DNA from: Octopus sinensis
Taxonomy: Eukaryota
Direction of reading: 5' to 3'
Assembly (NCBI RefSeq): GCF_006345805.1
Contig: NC_043004.1
Location: 6,076,001-6,140,000, forward strand
DNA length: 64,000 bases
This document shows positions 51,301 through 63,919 of the stretch, one piece after another (position 1 is the stretch's first letter; each line of letters starts with the position of its first letter). Below the pieces are notes generated by a model. It was not told where the DNA came from. It made no database searches and saw nothing but the letters and a program-made list of their open reading frames with translations. A program made the position numbers and the translations under genes.

Positions 51301-54300
51301 CAGTGTTTTTGTAGAAGAAACATCTGAAAGTGATATGTGGAGATCACTGACAAAAGCCACTTTATAACTTTTAGATAGAGAAAATGCTAACTATTAATAT
51401 AGATATTCGATATATATTTGAGATATAATAAAAGATTATCTGACAATATATAGACTATATTAAAGACAGTTGTTACCTAAAGTTTTATAGCATTTGTCGC
51501 ATAAGAAAAGAAGAGGAAAGAATGTTAAAAGCCAATAAGTCACAAAAATATTTATAAAAGGCATCAATTACATTGTTAGCTTAACAATGTCAATTTTGAA
51601 AAGCAAGCTCTATAGTTTTAAATTAGAAATTTTTAATTTTAAAAAATGCTATCAAAAATAAGAAAATGCTAGAATTATGATACTGCAACATTGAAGTAAA
51701 ATTAGAACTAAAGATTGTCAGTTTTTCATTGTTGTTATGAAACAGGCACAGAAACAAGAGAGCCTTTTCTAATATTACAAATTAACTAAACAAACAATAC
51801 TTGTAATACATTTACAACAAGGGGAATTGAATGATTCTAATTATCAGTCATTGCTTGCTACAACATTAATGTATTAGGGTCTTCGCAAGCAGTTATTAGG
51901 GAAAAATAGAGACATGGAATTTAAGTGGAATCAATGAAAGTATTAAGGTTTAATGGCAACAATGTGGATAACAATTTGTCGAAGGAGTATGGCTTTTATA
52001 GATTATCTGTATAAAAATAGACATAGCTATAGAACGACAAATTACCTTAAATGATAGTTTACCTCATTCAATTATTAGTAAATATTCTGTTAATCATACT
52101 AAGAACATTAAGAGTAACCCATTCCTTATGTAGGCACAATATTTCTAGACGTTAAAAGGAGAAGAAAAAAATGAAATGAAACTGAATTCATTTTTATATT
52201 GGTTTTAGAGAAATTCAGAGAAACCTGCTCAGGAATGCATTGGAGGAATAGCTAAGCTTAAAACCTGCAAATCCAGAGAGACAAAAGGAAGGACTATGCA
52301 ACGAATAGAAATGTGAGGTAGAAGGTTGAAAATTAGGGTAGCTACAAAATTAAATCTAAGGGTAGCAGAAAGGGAAATCTCTCAACCAAATATCAGAGAA
52401 CGGTGCTGGAGATTTTTAACACGAGTTGGTTTAGAGCTTTCAAATACAGATAATGTTGATTGTTGATATAACAAATATTCTAAATCATCTGACAATATAT
52501 AGGCTATATTAAAGAGAGTAGTTACCTCAAGCTTGATAAGTGCTCGCTGCAGAAGAAAATACGAAGAAAGAATCTCTAAAAGGGTAACAGAAGGGAAAAT
52601 CTTGCAACCAAATACCTGAGAATGGTGCTAGTATTGAAGACAGAGAGAGAGAATAAAGTTGTATTTGTAGACCAACACCAAATGGAAGAGAAGCTTGCAA
52701 TATATCAGGACAAGAAAAAAGGTAATCTTGGAGATTAGGGAGTGTGCAAAGAATTTTGTGTGTAAACCTATATCTTTGCTGATAGGTTCAGCTCTTTCTG
52801 AGAGAAACGAAAATTTATAAAATGTCAAAAGCAATCAGCTCAAAGCTAATAATCAGTGTTCGTTATCACTGTCAACTCTCCTCAATCAATGGTAGGATAT
52901 TCTTACAAATCTGGTCATGATAAGCACTTTTGTTTTTATTTGGAATTAAATTTTATCACAAACACTTTGGATATATTTTTTGGTTGGAAAGAATTTAAAA
53001 ATTTTTTGTATTTTATATGTTGATCATATTTAGAAATTTATGATCATATTTGAAAGACAGCATTTAGAATCAAAAGTATTAAAAGTAAAAAAAGCATAAA
53101 TTGGACCAGAACTCTTACACTAACCAATGATTTGAAGATATGTAAACACTGAATTATCAAGCGATTTTTAGAAAAATAGACAGAAAGAGCAGAAATCAGA
53201 AAGAAAAAAAAGAACTAAATATTTGCTTAAACGATACAAAGATTAAACTAAAGGATTACAATAAGCACACATAAAATAAATTTTTTAAATTCTTAATGCA
53301 CAGCAAGCAGAAATGTTAGAAGACTCCTGCTACTAAGATTTGCTATAAAGTTTGCAAGTTAAAATTTTGGTGAGCTAGGCAAGCAAGATGCTAGTTTTAT
53401 AGGAGAATTGTAAATGGCAATAATGACTGGTATTGAAATGAGTACAAGAAATTATTTCTATCTCAGTTCTTATTTATGATAAAACATTCAACTTAAGATT
53501 CATCTTTCTAGCCTTGAGGTTCCAGTGAATGAAGATAAAATATTGAGTGGGGACAAAAGAAACTTACTGCCTCTGCTCTAAGATACTTGTTGAAATTCTT
53601 GTTCATTGGTATTTAATGTTATAATATTTTAAGATAGTCTCAACAAAAGAAAATGTTTGAACTGTTTCATTTTAATTTTTGAAGGATGTTGCCCAACAAT
53701 CATCAAAGAAATCATTGCTTTTACAAAGAATAATTCTATATACATACACACATATATACTCACTCACACACAATGGGATTATTGCACAGTTTCTGACTTT
53801 CAAATTCCACTGACAAGGTATTGATCAAACCAAGGCTAAAGCAGAAGATATTTGTTCAATGTAACTTGCAGTAGTATTGAACTCAGAACCACATGCTTGC
53901 ATAGCAAACTTCTTAACCACACAGCCATATCTGTACTATTAATTTTAAAATTGCAACTATCTATATATAACTATATTCAAATTATTTCATTTTTACACCA
54001 TGATAAACTTGTTTAAATAAATTTCTGCTTTAAAATATCGAGTTGTTTCAGACATTTGTTGCATAAATACAATTCAGTTTTTGTGAACAGAGAATTATTT
54101 TTATTATTAATTTTCTCTGGTATGCGTTCATTAACTTTATTTGACAAAAGTTAGGGATTGTCTCATTAATATTTTAATGACATCAAAATTTTGGTTTCAA
54201 ATAAAGAGCTGATTTAATCAATTTAAGCTATATATATATATACAAAATTTAATCAGTTTCATTTTGATATACTTTGCTCAAATTTACCTAAATTATGAGA

Positions 54301-56236
54301 ATTACAATAAACGAATTGTCAAACGAACAAAAGTTTGAAGCATATTTTTATCATTGCTCTGAGTTTGCAGACTTTTGCAAGAGAGAAACTGCTTTGGATT
54401 GATATGTCAAAAGCAACAGCATTCCTTAGACTTAGAACCACTTAAAAAGAGTGCTTGTTATCCCTGTCCTATGATGAGAAGTATATAAGTAGACTACAGC
54501 AGTCTAGTTATAACTAACTGATGTAACAAAACAAAGCCTCTTCAGCTGCACAGATACATGCCAGAGATGTGCTAAGATATATGAGTACACCAGAAGAAAA
54601 TTATCATAATTTATGAAAAGGTTACATGTTAAAGGCATAAATAAAATTACATAAACACAAAACCTTTAAAAAATCTTTTATATTTGTCATGATTAATAAT
54701 TTTAATCTGCCTTGCTTAATATTTTTAATCTGCCATTATTAATAGTTTTAATTACAAAATATTCCATTTTCAGGAAGTAAAACTTATTCCAAGTTCACTG
54801 ATTAGCTGAAATTCTGAATTAAATTTACAATACATTATGATCTTAAATTCAAGACTATTTAAAACGTAATCTCTCACTCTCTTTCTCACACAGACACACA
54901 CATCAGGATCTGCATGAAAATATGCTCAATTTGTAGTATTTTGCTGAACATTTTATGTAGTCCCTACTATATATAAATATAGCAATAAGTGGAAAATGCT
55001 AATTTTTCCCTTAAAAAAATAAAGAGTGCACAATTTCAAATGGCATTTCATATCTAATTAAACTTATTTGTTTTAAAAATAGAATTATTTTAATACGAGG
55101 CAGCAGAATAGAAGGGTTGGGTCTGTACTGGAACTAGCAGTGTTTAATTTCTTATGAAACCAAAGAGTTTTGCATTAAAAAACCAAAAAACATTACGCTA
55201 GAAGATCCAGAACTATATATTGCTAAATATAGACAGACACTAACATGCACCAACTGATTGCTATGATTACATAAGAATAGAAAAGACTATTTTTATCTAA
55301 AGTAGACTTTTGTCCTTTTACAACACATTTGTACAGATTGCAATAAATTCAGGGATGACAGTATTTGTATGATAAATTTGAAAAGATAAAAAAAAAAAAC
55401 CCTATTGCAATGGGGAGGATCAGGGATTTTTAAGGGATGACTATACTTAGAGGAAATATGTAGAAGAAAAATTGAATATAAATAGTTTTTAATTGTGAGT
55501 TTTTATGATTTTTTTTTCTGTCTTCTACATGCCTAATTCTCTCAAATGAAACACTTGAAGAGACGACTTCAGATTAATTTGCTAAGGTGGAAAAATTCAA
55601 TAGCTTGTTTCTAAATGTAACAATTTTTTTTTTTTATGTGGATGAATTATACTTTGTGAAATAAATTTACAGCACTTTCTGTTTGTTTGTCTGTTGATGT
55701 TGTTAATTCAGTAATAAATTCATAAACACTTGACACCAGAGAGAGAGAGAGGCAGCTGAAATGTCGCAAAACAGATGTAGACATGGCAAGGATCTGAGTG
55801 GACATTAAGACCTCAGTTTGTCATAAATGAATTAGAATAAAAAAAAATTCAATTTTTTTAAAAAATACGTTCCAAATTATCAGTTTTAAAATAACCCTAC
55901 ATTTTTCTATATACATACACTCATTCAATTTCATTTTCTATAAAAAAAAAATTATAAAAAAACACCCTCCCAATTTTCTAATTAAGGAAATAAAGAAAAT
56001 TACAAACAAAAGAAAACTAGATTAAAATGAAAGAAAAAAAAAGAACCCAGCAGTGTCTGAAAAGATTTGTTTAAATAATTTCTATTGTAACTAAACTGAC
56101 ATTCTCGGTTATATATAACAAGTGTTTGTTCTGCTTGTTGTGTTGTTTTATACAGAGGCCATTGATAAAGAGAGCAGTTGTTGTTGTTGATATTCTAAAA
56201 ATGCATAGTTTATGGCACAAAAGATTCCTGCACTGA

Positions 56237-56966
56237 CTATAGAATACCACCTTGCCTTAACGACGTGATAGCACCAAGAACACCACCAGACTTTTCTAAT
56301 GCAATGTCATTCGCCGTTGTTGTTGATGGTGAACTGTTGTTATTGCTGCGGTTGCTATCTCTGCTGCTGTTGTTGTTGTCATTGATGATAGTGGCGTTGT
56401 TGGTGGTGGTAGTGGCGGTAGAATTAGGACTGGCTGCACCATTTGTTGCAGTAGTGCACTTTAGCGTACTATCAATAGAAGAGTCAGTTGTGATTGCTTC
56501 TCCTACAGAGTTATTGTTTTCTGTTGATGCTGATGATGATGATGATAAAATACCGTAAATTGAAAACCCTTTAGATTTTAAAGTACTCAGAAATGATGCC
56601 CCTGCAGATTGGGTTTTGGCCCCAACTTCACTTGAGCTGTCCAAGGCATCTACTGAAGAACTATTAGCATTGCCATCATCTTTAGTTTCTTTAACTTCAC
56701 TACTGGATTTCTTCTTCCGATAGAAGTGAGTCGGGGTGGCATCACTGCTTGAACCACCCGACCGAGTGTAAATTCCACTGTGAGAATCATCACTACTGGT
56801 TCCATCACCACCTGGACTCACAGAATTACCTTTGCACCGCCGCCCAAACTTCCACGTATCACAAAGGCCTCGTTCGTTAAGGATAGCAGCCAGTCCAAGT
56901 GACATGCTACATGTGGTGGTGTCAGCAGTTTTGCGAGTCGATTTCCTTGAGCAAGCAGCAGGAGGC
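56237..56966 (-). CDS. Terminal coding exon of an unidentified gene (242 aa, S/T/N low-complexity, eh1-like FSIYGIL); upstream exons not found in the window
   Basis: Strong acceptor tttttcttttctttttcag|gcctcc followed by a 729-nt open frame to TAG (extends ORF 56237..56905). GC is higher than the flanks and there are Asn/Thr/Ser runs. Confidence 0.7.
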
Positions 56967-57055
56967 CTGAAAAAGAAAAGAAGAAAAACAATATTACATC
57001 AACAGACATATATATGCATGCATAAACACACACTAATATCAATATATATATATAT

Positions 57056-57286
57056 ACATAGGGTTGGCCAAAAGCCATCTGACAGTATATCAAAACCATT
57101 TAATTCAAAGATTTATTTATGTTTTACAACTAGATGAATTTAATAAAGACAACTAAATATGAAACATTGTGAAAATTGTCCAAACTGAAGTCCTTGAGCG
57201 ACACATTTTTCCATTCGAGTCAATACAGAATTACATATAGTATTTATGGAATTTTGATTTACTGTTAGGTGACTTTTGGCCAATCC

Positions 57287-57291
<5 letters not shown>
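57056..57291. mobile_element. Tc1/mariner-type MITE
   Basis: TIRs agggttggccaaaagccatctgacagta / reverse complement aggattggccaaaagtcacctaacagta, embedded in AT/GT microsatellite. Confidence 0.7.
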
Positions 57292-57319
<28 letters not shown>

Positions 57320-57475
57320 TATCAAATATCATAAAACATAAATTAATTTATTAACATTATCTTCACCTCCAAAGAATGTATCATAATTACCAAATAGCAA
57401 TTGAGAGCAGCTCTACATGAAAAGAGGGAGATAATTTTGATAATCAAGACCTCCTAAGTTGACATGCCATTAAGG

Positions 57476-57768
57476 CAGGGGTCGGGGAACATTTTTAACC
57501 AATTACTCCAAAATATATTTATTTATGCCGACGTCACCCCTTGGTTTGAAAGGAAGAAAATCATAGATTCTTTGAATCCAAAAGGTTTATTAAATCTATT
57601 GACATGTCCAATAGACTGGACAGATGCAGTGTGGCCACAAAAATTTCTGTTGTAACGAGGAACACATTTTTTTATATAATTTTACTTATGTCTAATGAGT
57701 TGTTATTAACCCCAAGAATTTCATTTTTACCCCACTTTGGATAATTTACTCCAGTTCACCAACCCCTG
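57476..57768. mobile_element. hAT MITE with a perfect 8-bp TSD
   Basis: TIRs caggggtcggggaac / reverse complement caggggttggtgaac. CATTAAGG at 57468-57475 and at 57769-57776. Confidence 0.85.
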
Positions 57769-58193
57769 CATTAAGGAAATGGACAGGCTTATTGTCTGGG
57801 AGATAAGAGAACAACAGTAGGTTTATGTTTCTGGTTTAATAACTCATCAGTATGACAATTCTTTGACCTTAACTAGTGTAGCCAAGGGACTTAGACTTAT
57901 ACAAAATAGAGTAGAACACATTTATGGCCAAGGTAATTTATATAGTCTAAATAAAAACGAACTAAGAGAAATAACTCAGTGGCCTGTGGAATGGATATGA
58001 ACAACAAATACAGGTATATAAAACATTTCTCACACCAGTCGTAAAATTGAAAAGCAACAAAAACAAAACAATTTTAATCTGCCAAACTTATTTGTTACAA
58101 ACCAACAATATAAACCAGATAGAATTCTATATTTCTGAAATCAGGAATTTATATTATGTATATTGTCTATATTAGTCAAACTGGTGTCCTTAT

Positions 58194-58460
58194 TTTGACA
58201 ATTGCTTTCATTATGTTTTGGCTATTGTATGCTTCATCCTTCTTCAGGTGCTGTGTTGAACTTTGTTGTATTGGAATTTCAAACCTAATCCTTTATTTGA
58301 TCAAGAGAGTGAAATGAGAACAGTGGAACCCTGTAGATCAAATCAAGAGATAGGTTCGAAATTCTGATACAACAACTGAATTCAACACAAAACACCTGAA
58401 GAAGGCTGGAGTGTACAATAACTGAAACGTACTGAAAGCAACAATTAAGGCAAAGATACC
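58194..58460. mobile_element. Inverted pair of Penelope-like terminal sequences (approximate)
   Basis: ccttcttcaggtgctgtgttgaac...tttcaaaccta is mirrored by taggttcgaaattc...ttcaacacaaaacacctgaagaagg. The cctgaagaagg...gaaacgt motif resembles Penelope-like element ends. Confidence 0.4.
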
Positions 58461-58613
58461 AGTCTGACAAATTAAACAGTGTACATAATAAACCTGATAA
58501 TTTTTATGTCAAAATCAACAGGTAAAAGAAAAGAAATATTTTCATTACTGTAACAAGAGGATTTATCATTTCAGTTTTAAAATAAGGCAGTGAGCTGGCA
58601 GAATCATTAGCAC

Positions 58614-58972
58614 CAGGGCTGTGGAGTCGGAGTCGTGGAGTCAGAAACAATTAAGGGGTAACTGGAGTTGGAGTTGGTAAAACTATACCAACTCCCACTC
58701 ACAATATCTTTATTCTTTAATATAAACCAGTTATAACATATAGGCCTACTCAAAGTACAAGCGTATGCTTTATGAGATATGTTGGCCACAATCATTTAAT
58801 TACATAAAGAGGAGTCAGAGTCAAAGGTGCCAATAGTAGAGGAGTCAGAGTCACAGGTGCCAATAGTAGAGGAGTCAGAGTCAAAGGTGCCAATAGTAGA
58901 GGAGTCAGAGTCAAATGTGCCAATAGTAGAGGAGTCAGAGTCGAAGTCTTTTGTTTTCACTCCATAGCCCTG
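58614..58972. mobile_element. hAT-like MITE inserted into a SINE
   Basis: TIRs cagggctgtggagt / reverse complement cagggctatggagt. 8-bp flanks attagcac / gttagcat. The host SINE resumes directly afterwards. Confidence 0.75.
58808..58942. repeat. 30-bp minisatellite, 4.5 copies (agaggagtcagagtcaaaggtgccaatagt)
   Basis: Units start at 58808, 58838, 58868, 58898 and 58928 (partial), with at most 1 mismatch each. Confidence 0.95.
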
Positions 58973-59914
58973 GTTAGCATGCTGGACAAAATTCTTAGCA
59001 GCATTTCACTAGTCTTTATGATCTGAGTTCAAATTTCACCAAGACCGACTTTGCCTTTCATCCTTTCAAGACCAATAGAATAAGTACCAGTTGAATCCTG
59101 GGGGGTCAATGTAATTGATTTACCCCTCACCTCAAACTTGTTGGCCTTGTACCAGAAATTTGAAGTCAATATATTTGATATATGTGCATAAATATGTGAA
59201 TGCATACAAACAGCACTCCACCGACACACACATGCATATGTTTTTATTTTTTATTTTGTTTCAGTCATTGGAGAGCGGCCATGCAGGGGTACCAAATTAA
59301 AAGGGTCAAGTCAAACAAATCAACCCAGGTACTTATTCCATTGGTCTCTTTTGTTGAACAACTGTCATAGGAATGTAAATAAACCAACACTGGTTGTCAA
59401 CAAGCAAGGGAGACACATACACACATACACTTCTGTCAACTAAATTTGCTGACAAAGCATTGGTCAGCCTGGGGCTATAGTAGATGACACTTGCCCAAAG
59501 TGTCATGTGGGACTGAACCTGAAACCACATGGTTGCAAAGCAAGTTTCATAACCACACAGCCATTACTGTGCCTATATGTGTAAACACACAAACAAAACA
59601 AAACATTTCTTTAAAATCCATTCCAGGTGTAAACATTCACAGTCTTCTGGTCACAAATCAATAGATTACTCATTAATATTGAATTCTAAAAATGAAAATC
59701 AACTTCCAAGACACAACTTTGTTCAATGGCAAAACAAACTCAAATTCTATTATCTACAACCAAGCCCAACGTTTTCTTTATTAATTAACAAAAAGAACAC
59801 AGCAAATCATGAGAAATACTACAACTAATTCTGTAAAAGAAAGTGTGAGTGATTACTGGAGCTCCTTACATATGCATACACACACAGACACACATATATA
59901 CACACAATTGTCTA

Positions 59915-60412
59915 TCCGCATCATCAGTTTGGAATCCCTATCTTGCTCAGAACATTGACCTCCTGGAATCTGTCCAGAGACGTGCAACCAAACGCATACC
60001 CTCCATCAGACACCTACCATATTCTGAGCGCCTTGTTTCCCTGGGCATGGATTCACTGAAGCTCCGGCGTCTGGCGACGGACTTGGTAAACACCCACAAG
60101 GTTATCAACCACCTCACCAACAACAACACTGAACACCTTTTTGATCTCCATGTGTCTAACACACGTGGACATGCCTACAAAGTCAGAAAACAACACAGCT
60201 CCCATGACTTTCGGAAACATTTTTTCACGCTCAGAGTTGCTGAAGCATGGAATAAACTGCCTGCGTCAGTTGTTGACTGCCATGACACTGCATCCTTTAA
60301 GGCCCTCATGCTTTCCGAAATCCGCCGAAACTACACCTGATTATATATACACTTTAGATGAGTTGTAGTGCACCTGAGCACTGTACACAATTATTATTAT
60401 TATTATTATTAT
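59915..60412 (+). mobile_element. 5'-truncated CR1-clade LINE with an intact C-terminal frame
   Basis: VWNPYL...LESVQRRATK...YSERL..LG..SL..RRL..DL...TRGH..K...RKHFFTLRV..AWN.LP, followed by a (TTA)7 tail at 60391-60412. Confidence 0.9.
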
Positions 60413-60971
60413 CTATACACACAAACATACATATCATGTAGCAAAATTAATATAATGATTCTCAAGATGAAACGATGATGGCAGATAATGATAGAAGCAG
60501 GTGAATATTTAGTCTTGTGATTATATTTCAAGGAGACTTCATTTCAAATCCTGTTGAGATTTCACTTTGCCCATCCTCCATTAAAGTACTAGGGCCAGTC
60601 CAATCAAGTACACCTCTTCCTCTACAAACGTATGTATAACATTGTGTCAAAGTTAAAAGCTTTTATTAAGGTGAAACCACGATGCTTTTAAATGTTGCAT
60701 CTGCATATGAAAACTTATTAAAATTAGTCCTCGTTATATGTTGATGCCACCGAAATGAACAACATTATTGATAAGGTGTTGAAATTGCGACCATTTTTGG
60801 TCAGTAACAGATGTGGGGTATGCATGTCCATGCCCTCTGTGTATTTTTCCCGTTTACCATGTTCTTTCATCATTTTTTCATCTAACATTTTGTGTGTGTG
60901 TGTGTGCATAGACAGACAGACAAATGGATAGAATCAACAAGTCCTATAATTCTTCATGTTTAATCAATGAA

Positions 60972-61020
60972 ATTTTAAGTGAAAGAATAATCAATAAAAT
61001 TGAATATATAATTTGGTTCT

Positions 61021-61059
<39 letters not shown>

Positions 61060-61104
61060 GAGAACCAAATTATAGATTCAATTTTATTTATTATTCTTTC
61101 ACTT

Positions 61105-61109
<5 letters not shown>
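60972..61109. repeat. Palindrome with about 53-bp unique arms around an (AT)15 centre
   Basis: attttaagtgaaagaataatcaataaaattgaatatataatttggttctcttt is mirrored on the right with 2 mismatches. Confidence 0.95.
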
Positions 61110-61162
<53 letters not shown>

Positions 61163-62353
61163 AATACGCCAGCTCAGTTTTCTAATATACTGATTTTCAA
61201 CAATGATACAAAAGTGAGGGGTACAGTTGATTATAATAACACCAGTGTTTGACTGCTATTTCACTTTATTGGACATAGAAGAGAGTAGAAGGCAAGTTGG
61301 CTTCAAACAGGATTACTCCCAATATTGCCTAGTTTCTATGAAGATTTTACAAAGATAAATTTAACATCAAGGCAAAACAGTGCTTCTCTTTAAATCAATA
61401 AAACTATAAGATTTACTCAAGGAAATTTCGTACTTTATTGAAAGTTGCTCTATGTACTTCCCAGAATTAAATCAGACTGAAGTCAAATATTGAGTCGTTC
61501 AAAGTATTTGGCTTGAAATGAGAATGAAAGAAATTGCGGACAGTACTTAAATGGGGAAAAAATATGTAAAATACATCCATAACCTTGAGTTGATAACAAG
61601 CAGTGTAGCTATTTGTGATTAGACAATAGATTAGCATTTAACATTCCTAATGTAACCAAATCCATGCAGTTCAGGAGAGAAGATAAGCATAATGAGGACT
61701 GTCTTTAGTATTAGCTTTAATAACTTGCTAGTAGAAATACTGAAAAAACTGCTAAAGAAGCTTCATAAAGACTACACTAAGTAGATCTCGCACTCTAATT
61801 CAAACAGAGATAATACCCATCACGCCCTGTTTCTATATATAGTTGTTTACTGGTCAAGTGGTTTCTCAGTTTCAGCACTGGACAGTTCTTTTGTATCTGA
61901 ACATATAGAGGCCATTTTGCAAGCTGCGGCCAACCTAAGGCTGAACGATAATCAAAGACGTTGTTACAAAGATGAAATATAATAACTAGTGCAAAGTTTT
62001 TCTTTAAATGGTAACATGGTAAAACAGAACTGATTTGAATATGAAAATATTCCAATCAAACAAACAATTTAACAATAGACCTTTGTCAATTGGATTCAAA
62101 TGACATCACAAGAAATAATGAAGGAGATGGAATTGGCAACAAGTATAAACTTATTGATTAATGAATGATTTCTTTCAATGCCATCAGTGTGTAGATGAGC
62201 CCTGAATGCCAGCTATGTACCAGTTAAATTTTTATATGGAAATGAAAACACACATATATACACAGATCTAGTAAAATGAAATCTACATACAAACATTTAA
62301 ACTACTATGATAGAAATAAATATACCTAACGATACATTAAACTATATATATAT

Positions 62354-62752
62354 TTTACTCTTTTACTTGTTTCAGTTATTTGACTATGGCCATGCTGAAG
62401 CACCACCTTTAGTTGAGCAAATCGACCCCAGGACTTATTCTTTGTAAGCCTAGTACTTATTCTATTGGTCTCTTTTGCCGAACTGCTAAGCTATGGGGAT
62501 GTACACACACCAGCATTGGTTATCAGGTGATGTTGGGGGGGGGGACACATACACAGATACACACACACACAAACATACATACACACATATGATGGGCTTC
62601 TTTACAGTTTCCGTCTACCAAATCCACTCACAAGGATTTGGTTGGCCCGAGGCTATAGTAGAAGAGACTTGCCCAAGGTGCCATGCAGTGGGACTGAACC
62701 CAGAACCATGTGGTTGGTAAGCAAGCTACTTACCACACACCCACTCTTGCGC
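62354..62752 (-). mobile_element. tRNA-derived CORE-like SINE, full-length minus-strand copy
   Basis: Reverse complement of the 39798 family along its length, with an internal (CA)n. Confidence 0.75.
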
Positions 62753-62756
62753 CTTG

Positions 62757-62766
62757 TATATATATG

Positions 62767-62847
<81 letters not shown>

Positions 62848-62860
62848 ATATACATACATA
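62757..62860. repeat. Long interrupted (AT)n microsatellite
   Basis: About 100 bp of TA repeats with phase shifts. Many shorter (AT)n, (CA)n and (CT)n tracts occur elsewhere, e.g. 22098-22140, 27100-27180 and 39645-39673. Confidence 0.95.
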
Positions 62861-63080
62861 TGGATAGTAAGAAACTCTAGGGAGAGCTGAACAGCAAAAG
62901 GTCTGAGAAACCTCTGTTTCCCCCACAAGTGTTTTGGCCCTTAACACCTTGCACTCTAAGCGGACAGGGTCACATCCAGGTCATGATTCCTGAACACCTG
63001 CTGCTGCCACCTTCTGTGTTACTGTCTGCATTGCAATCCTTTTGGATGGTTAAGATACCCCAGAGCTAATGCGTCTTGAG

Positions 63081-63114
<34 letters not shown>

Positions 63115-63164
63115 TACTAGAGTACCCAAGTAATCAGTAATGACTTCAAATATGCTTATCTTCA

Positions 63165-63393
63165 TTAGCCCTTTTGATACCAACCCCGCCTGAAACCACC
63201 TCTAGCTCTGTCGTATGAATGTCTTGTTTTCATAAGTTTTGAATTAAAATCTTCCATCAAACCTTAGTCACAATTTATGTTCCTAACACCAGCTTAATGA
63301 TAACTAAGTTATTTTACTAAATTCTTTGTTATTTAAAATTAATTCAAAGAAACTCAGAGCATCTCAACAGAAATATGGTAACAAAAGGGTTAA
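63165..63393. mobile_element. piggyBac-like MITE
   Basis: ttag-ccctttt gatacca ... tggtaacaaaaggg-ttaa. A similar right end is seen at 16425-16445. Confidence 0.6.
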
Positions 63394-63881
63394 AATATAT
63401 TGATGCTAATAATGCATACACATTCTCAAAGACATGTATAAAAAAGAAAAATATTCATGATTGCTCAGTATGTATACATAAAAACATGTATACATGCATC
63501 AATATACACACACATGTATACAACCATACCCACACAGGCATATATATATATATATATATATTTACACCCACTCCACACACATATACATACACCCACTTCT
63601 GCTGCTCACATATACTCTTTTACTTGTTTCAGTCATTTGACTGTGGCCATGCTAGAGCACCGCCTTTAGTCGAGCAAATCGACCCCAGGACTTATTCTTT
63701 GTAAGCCTGTTACTTATTCTATCGGTCTCTTTTGCTGAACCTCTAAGTTGCAGGGACATAAACACACCACCATTGGTTGTCAAACGATGTTGGGGGGACA
63801 AACACAGACACACAAATATATATATATAGATGATGATGATGTTGATATATATATATATATATCATCATCATCATCATCATC

Positions 63882-63919
<38 letters not shown>

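Noticed and set aside
49400-56236. Treating the whole repeat-poor, A-rich stretch as one 7-kb 3'UTR of the minus-strand gene
   Set aside because: Part of the skew may come from an old plus-strand retroelement relic (51.3-53 kb), and a SINE lies near 53760-53935. The UTR extent cannot be set from sequence alone.
58808-58942. CRISPR-like appearance of the 30-bp repeats
   Set aside because: The repeats are directly adjacent with no unique spacers, the context is eukaryotic, and they lie inside a MITE.
59849-60340. 163-aa ORF as a host gene
   Set aside because: It is the C-terminus of a CR1-clade ORF2 with a (TTA)n tail and has two more decayed copies at 44.3-45.3 kb.
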